A stretch of 63,327 bases of DNA, counting the filler, from an uncultured Methanosarcinales archaeon (lineage in GTDB: Archaea > Nanobdellota > Nanobdellia > Woesearchaeales > UBA12501): assembly GCA_964397315.1 (NCBI GenBank). It is 3 parts of 3 records of this genome, joined end to end, with 100 filler letters (N's around TTAATTAATTAA, not from the genome) between each part and the next. Parts side by side here need not be neighbours in the genome. Positions count along the whole stretch, not along the records: positions 49,104 to 63,327 come from CAYNHV010000029.1; 2 more parts are not named here. One strand, 5' to 3'. Both the position numbers and the translations under genes were made by a program. The first letter of the stretch is position 1. Every line of letters starts with the position of its first letter. Below, piece by piece: positions 58,785 through 63,327 of this stretch. The notes beneath the pieces were generated by a model. The model saw only the letters and a program-made list of their open reading frames with translations. It searched no databases and was not told where the DNA came from.

Positions 58785-58882
58785 GCGAGTCCCTGAATTA
58801 TCCCCTGAATCAGTGAGGGAGATTGGTGGATTTTCTTGTTTAATAAAAAACTATTTAAATAAAGGAGGCTTGAGCAGGCATT

Positions 58883-59632
58883 ATGGGAAACCCCATTGAC
58901 ACGTTTGCAAGCCTCTGGTATGACATCAAGAAATACTACGGGTTTGACAGGCACGAGCTGAAAGGCATAGCGGTCTCCATAATTGTTCTTGCGTTCATAG
59001 TGTCGTTCAACGAGTGGGGGGTGGAGAAGTTTGATTTCTTCTACGGCCTGAGGAATTACATAAACGCGGCGCTCATACTCACCCTAACTTTTCTTGTTTA
59101 CCAGTCAGCCCAGAGGATTACAGCTCTAAAGAGCGGCTTCAAGGCAGAATGGAGGGTGTGGACTTACGGCCTGCTTATAGGTCTTGTGCTGGCGTTTGTC
59201 TCAAGAGGCCAGCTTTGGTTCCTTGCTCCTGGAGGCATGATTGTTTATCACATGGCAGGCCACAGGATAACCTCCTTCAGGTACGGCCTTAACTATTGGC
59301 CCATGGGGGTGTCTGCCCTGGCAGGGCCTGTCTCCTGCGCTTTCCTGGCGCTTTTGTTCAAGCTCCTCTCAGGCGTGTTTCCCGCAAATCTCCTCATAAT
59401 AAAGGCCATGAAGATAAACATCTGGTTTGCCATAATAAACCTCCTGCCCATACCTCCCATGGACGGAAGCAATATGTTCTTTGCATCCAGGCTGTTTTAT
59501 GTCTTTGCTTTTGCAACCCTAGTGGGATTCCTGCTTTCGCTGTTGTTCTTCAGCGTGCTTGTCTCACTGCTAATAGGCCTTTTGATGGGAGTGATATTCT
59601 GGCAGGCAATGTTCTGGCTTGTTGAGAGGTGA
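58883..59632 (+). CDS. Site-2 protease (M50)-like membrane protein lacking HExxH
   Basis: LAGP and NLLPIPPMDG are present, but YQSAQ occupies the HExxH position. Confidence 0.75.
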   Translation: MGNPIDTFASLWYDIKKYYGFDRHELKGIAVSIIVLAFIVSFNEWGVEKFDFFYGLRNYINAALILTLTFLVYQSAQRITALKSGFKAEWRVWTYGLLIGLVLAFVSRGQLWFLAPGGMIVYHMAGHRITSFRYGLNYWPMGVSALAGPVSCAFLALLFKLLSGVFPANLLIIKAMKINIWFAIINLLPIPPMDGSNMFFASRLFYVFAFATLVGFLLSLLFFSVLVSLLIGLLMGVIFWQAMFWLVER

Positions 59633-59639
59633 TCAAATA

Positions 59640-59981
59640 ATGGGAAGAATGAAAAAGATTGCGAGGTCAAGAAAAGGCATTGAATTCCTGGACAAGTGGG
59701 TTGAGCTTCTCTTCTTCACGCTTCTTGTGATAGGATTTGTGATATCCATCAGCCTGGGCAGCGCTTTCTTCAGCTATATTGTGATATTCCTATTTGGCCT
59801 CATGGGTGGCAGGTTCCTCCAGATGAGAAAGGGGATGGTTCCTTTTTATCTGATTGTGCTTGGGCTTCTTATAGGCTACATACTCGGCTCAAGGTACGGC
59901 AACTGGAAGATTATCGTGTTCTGCTTCATAGTGGGCACTGCCATAAGCTGGTATGCGCATGAAAAAGAATATATAAGATAA
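59640..59981 (+). CDS. Small four-TM membrane protein
   Basis: Hydrophobic; SD GAGGTGA. Confidence 0.7.
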   Translation: MGRMKKIARSRKGIEFLDKWVELLFFTLLVIGFVISISLGSAFFSYIVIFLFGLMGGRFLQMRKGMVPFYLIVLGLLIGYILGSRYGNWKIIVFCFIVGTAISWYAHEKEYIR

Positions 59982-59998
59982 AATCACCCTATTTTTTT

Positions 59999-60580
59999 AT
60001 GGAAGTGAACAAGATAGCTGACAATGTGTGGAAGTTCACAGGCACAGACAAGGTCAACCTCTATTTCATTGATTTTGGGAATGATGGAGGCAGGGCAGTC
60101 ATTGACACAGGGAACAGGGCGGACAGGCAGGACATTATCCGGCTTTTGGGCAGCCTCACTGACCTGTCAAAAGTAGGCAGGGTGATATTCACCCACCTGC
60201 ACCATGACCACACAGGAAATTTTGATCTCTTCCCCAATGCGGAATTCTACGCTTCAGAGAGGGAGATAAAGGACTTCAAGAGGAACAGGGAGGAGACAGT
60301 GCTTGGCAGTGAGATTGCAGACAGACTCAATATTGAGCTGAAGCCGCTTCCTGCTAAGGTAGGGCCTCTTGAGGTTATCAACACCCCTGGCCACACAGCA
60401 GGCTCAGTTTGCATCTTATATCCTGAAAAGAAAATACTCTTCACAGGAGACACCCTCTTCCCAAAAAAGCAGCTTGGCAGGACAGACCTCCCCACATCTG
60501 TTCCGTCAGAGATGAACAACAGCCTGATAAGGCTGCTTGACTATGACTTCAAGATACTTGCTCCAGGACATGACTACTGA
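59999..60580 (+). CDS. Metallo-beta-lactamase fold hydrolase
   Basis: THLHHDH, TPGHT, FTGD, PGH. Confidence 0.93.
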   Translation: MEVNKIADNVWKFTGTDKVNLYFIDFGNDGGRAVIDTGNRADRQDIIRLLGSLTDLSKVGRVIFTHLHHDHTGNFDLFPNAEFYASEREIKDFKRNREETVLGSEIADRLNIELKPLPAKVGPLEVINTPGHTAGSVCILYPEKKILFTGDTLFPKKQLGRTDLPTSVPSEMNNSLIRLLDYDFKILAPGHDY

Positions 60581-60647
60581 ACCCTCCACAACCCACTGGA
60601 CACTTGCGGGCAAAACACTTATCTAAGACCTTGAGGGCATTATAATC

Positions 60648-61436
60648 ATGATAAGGGAGTCATTCATATTCCTTGACAGGATAGGCCTGAGGTCAGAGAA
60701 GAACATCTGGAGCCAGGGGATTGAAGACTGGCAGTCGTTCATCGGCGCTGGCAGGATAAGGGGTATCGGCAGAAGAAAGGCTTTCTATGACAGGCAGATA
60801 AGACGCTTTGAGAGGGAGCTTTACAGCAGCAGAATGAGCTGTCTTAAAAGGTCGCTCCCATCTTCTGAGGCGTGGAGACTTTACGATTTCTTCAGGGAAG
60901 AGGCGGTCTTCCTTGACATTGAGACAGCGCATTATTACGGAGGCATAACCCTTATAGGCCTTTTTGACGGTTATGACACAAAGATGATGGTGAAAGGCAT
61001 CAACCTTGACAAACAAGCCCTGAAGAGGGAGCTTGAGAGGTACAAGATTATAGTGACATTCAACGGAAGCTCGTTTGACCTTCCTGTTATTGAAAGGTAC
61101 TTCCAGGGAATTGTTCCTGAAATACCTCACATTGATCTCATGCACGTCTGCTCAAGAATAGGCCTCAAAGGGGGCCTGAAGAGCATTGAGAAGGAGCTCG
61201 GCATTAAGAGATTGCCTGAGCTGAAGCACGTTACAGGAGAGGATGCTGCAGAGCTCTGGAGGGCTTTCAGGGCAACAGGGGATGAGTATTATCTTGACCT
61301 GCTGATAAAATATAATGAAGAGGACATAGTAAACCTCAAGCCGATTGCCGAGCACGCTGTAATGGAGTTGTGGAAAAGGACAAGGGGCATGCAGGATCAG
61401 GAGCCTGTTCAGCACAAACCGGATGTTGCATATTAA
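60648..61436 (+). CDS. YprB-like RNase H-fold exonuclease
   Basis: FLDIET, TFNGSSFDLP, HIDL, GLKSIE, YNEED. Confidence 0.9.
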   Translation: MIRESFIFLDRIGLRSEKNIWSQGIEDWQSFIGAGRIRGIGRRKAFYDRQIRRFERELYSSRMSCLKRSLPSSEAWRLYDFFREEAVFLDIETAHYYGGITLIGLFDGYDTKMMVKGINLDKQALKRELERYKIIVTFNGSSFDLPVIERYFQGIVPEIPHIDLMHVCSRIGLKGGLKSIEKELGIKRLPELKHVTGEDAAELWRAFRATGDEYYLDLLIKYNEEDIVNLKPIAEHAVMELWKRTRGMQDQEPVQHKPDVAY

Positions 61437-61439
61437 ATA

Positions 61440-62642
61440 TTAAAGAAGAAGATTAAAAACAAATCCCATTATGAGTATCTGGGGCACTGTTATTATTGGC
61501 AGCCAGATTGCCGCTCTCTTTCCAATGTTGCTCCAGATAAGCCCAATCTCAGTATAATCAGTAGCCACCCCTGCCATGAGAAAAACAAAGCTGTTGCCAA
61601 ATGCTCCTGTCTGCTTGAATATTTCAAACGCCATTGGCGAGCTTCCTTCAGAGCAAACCTCTATTATGGTGGCGAGCGCGAGAGTAACTATAAGGCCAAT
61701 TGCTGTTGCTCCCATATAGGTCATGAAGAAATCCTGAGGGACAAATGCCCTTGCAAAGCTCGCAAGTATCATTCCAATTAGTATCCACCAGAGCACCATC
61801 TTTGACAATGACCATGAGCCTGCAGAGATTCCCTTGATATCCTGCCATGCTGTGTGTCCTGTAATCCTCTTCTTTCTCCATCTGTTTCTTATGTCAGCCC
61901 ACACTTTCAGCTTTTTATGCACTTCCTTGTCTTCTCCCTTATTGCATGAGTTGCACTCAACCATTCCTTTTCTCTCAAGCACCTGGTATATGAGGCCGGT
62001 TATTATGGCTATGATTATAGCAGAAAATATCAGGAAAAGAGCCTTTACCCCGAAAAAGCTTATCAGGAGGACTGTTATTGGGAGGTTGGCCCATGGAGAG
62101 GCGAGAAGGAAGGCAACAACAGATGAGGTGTTGGCTCCTTTTTTGTACAGCTCTATTGCAAGAGCGAGTATTCCATGGGAGCAGGCGGACATCAGAAAGC
62201 CGAAGACTACAGAGTAGAGTATGGTTCTCTTCCTGTGCCTGGAGAGGTACTTCTCAATATACTCCCTTGGTATGTAATGGTCTATTATTCCTCCCAGCAG
62301 GAAGCCGAGGAGTATAGCCCACCATATCAGCTTAAGGTAATCCAAAAGAGCGTCAAAAACAGGGTTGAGGGGCTTGAACATGTAGGTTATGATAAAAAGG
62401 GCTATGGTGAGGATCAGGAATATGTAGAATGGCTGCCTGTACCATCCTTTTCCCTTGCTCACCCTGCAGGTTGGGCAGTATCTGTCCTCACTGCTTAGGT
62501 TGTGCTTTTTCTCATATTTTTCTATGCATGTTTCTGAGCAGAAATAGTGGTTATGGGCTCTTATGCTACCCTTCATCCCGCATATAGGGTCTGTCCTGTC
62601 CTCTTTGGCAGGCTTTTTCCTGGGTGTTGCCGCAGCCATCAT
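61440..62642 (-). CDS. DUF318/ArsP-type permease with N-terminal YHS/TRASH metal-binding motif
   Basis: DPICGM...YFCSETC; SACSHG; FLLASP; EVCSEG. Confidence 0.85.
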   Translation of the reverse strand: MMAAATPRKKPAKEDRTDPICGMKGSIRAHNHYFCSETCIEKYEKKHNLSSEDRYCPTCRVSKGKGWYRQPFYIFLILTIALFIITYMFKPLNPVFDALLDYLKLIWWAILLGFLLGGIIDHYIPREYIEKYLSRHRKRTILYSVVFGFLMSACSHGILALAIELYKKGANTSSVVAFLLASPWANLPITVLLISFFGVKALFLIFSAIIIAIITGLIYQVLERKGMVECNSCNKGEDKEVHKKLKVWADIRNRWRKKRITGHTAWQDIKGISAGSWSLSKMVLWWILIGMILASFARAFVPQDFFMTYMGATAIGLIVTLALATIIEVCSEGSSPMAFEIFKQTGAFGNSFVFLMAGVATDYTEIGLIWSNIGKRAAIWLPIITVPQILIMGFVFNLLL

Positions 62643-63211
62643 TCCTCATGGTTCTCTCTTGATATCCTGCTCGCGCTGGGATCTTTCTGGCCCTGGTATT
62701 TTGAGCCCTTTCTCTTGTTGTAAGGGTTCTCTGCCGGGCTGCTCATCCTCTCAAATGTCAGCTGGCATATTCTTGAGCCGGGCCAGAGCTTTACCGGAAC
62801 CTTGCTTATGTTGGCCATCTCAAGCGTGAGCTTTCCCTCAAATCCGGGATGGACCGAGCCCGCTGTTGAGTGTATCACTATTCCGAGCCTTCCCCACGAA
62901 CTTCTTCCGTCAAGCCTTGCTATCATGTTGTCAGGAACTTTAACATACTCTCTTGTTGTTGCCAGAATGAACTCTCCTGGGTGTATTATGAACGCGTCCT
63001 TATCCTCTTTTTTGACAAGCTCCATGAGGTGGTCAAACTTACCCTCTCTTGGATCAATATGCGTGACTTCAGAATGCTTGAATATCCTGAACTCACTGCC
63101 CAGGCTGAGATCAACAGAAGAAGGGCCTATCTGATCTTCTGAAATGCCTTCTATGGATATGCTGCCCTTTTTTATCTCATCCTTTATGTCCCTGTCGCTT
63201 AACACAACCAT
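62639..63211 (-). CDS. dcd: dCTP deaminase
   Basis: LSDRDI, PSSVDL, GRSSWGRLG, GFEGKLTLE, ICQL, SKYQGQ. Confidence 0.95.
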   Translation of the reverse strand: MVVLSDRDIKDEIKKGSISIEGISEDQIGPSSVDLSLGSEFRIFKHSEVTHIDPREGKFDHLMELVKKEDKDAFIIHPGEFILATTREYVKVPDNMIARLDGRSSWGRLGIVIHSTAGSVHPGFEGKLTLEMANISKVPVKLWPGSRICQLTFERMSSPAENPYNKRKGSKYQGQKDPSASRISRENHEE

Positions 63212-63327
63212 GTGAAAAACCCCTCAACCAAAAAGAATGATTGGTGCTTGGTATAAAAGGTTTTTGGTGGATTGGCTCCCCAGAAACCCCCTATATAAAA
63301 AACCATAAGTTTCCCATTTCTTTAGAG

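Overview
This is an archaeal window, most consistent with a DPANN Woesearchaeota/Nanobdellota-type genome. That placement is inferred from uL16/L10e, eS6, family B polymerase, Hef, archaeal class III pilins, TATA-box promoters and GGAGGTG Shine-Dalgarno (SD) sites. Two 100-nt N gaps carry artificial TTAATTAATTAA spacers. The window contains: a Tad/type IV pilus locus split by a seven-gene de novo purine cluster (purL, purQ, purD, purN-like, class II-like purE, purH in two halves); tRNA-Gln(UUG); a low-GC island bounded by a direct repeat, holding an ISL3 and an IS200 element that each interrupt a reconstructable ORF; and housekeeping genes (trxB, polB, mazG, htpX, hef, nth, dcd). The best candidate for a new system is the leader of the DAHP synthase gene, which holds two tandem short uORFs, absent from the ORF track, that each encode Tyr-Phe-Phe-Trp on U-tracts. 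This suggests ribosome-dependent attenuation by aromatic amino acids in an archaeon. The second candidate is an unexplained 400-600 nt non-coding repeat found four times, ending in degenerate tandem ~30-nt units.
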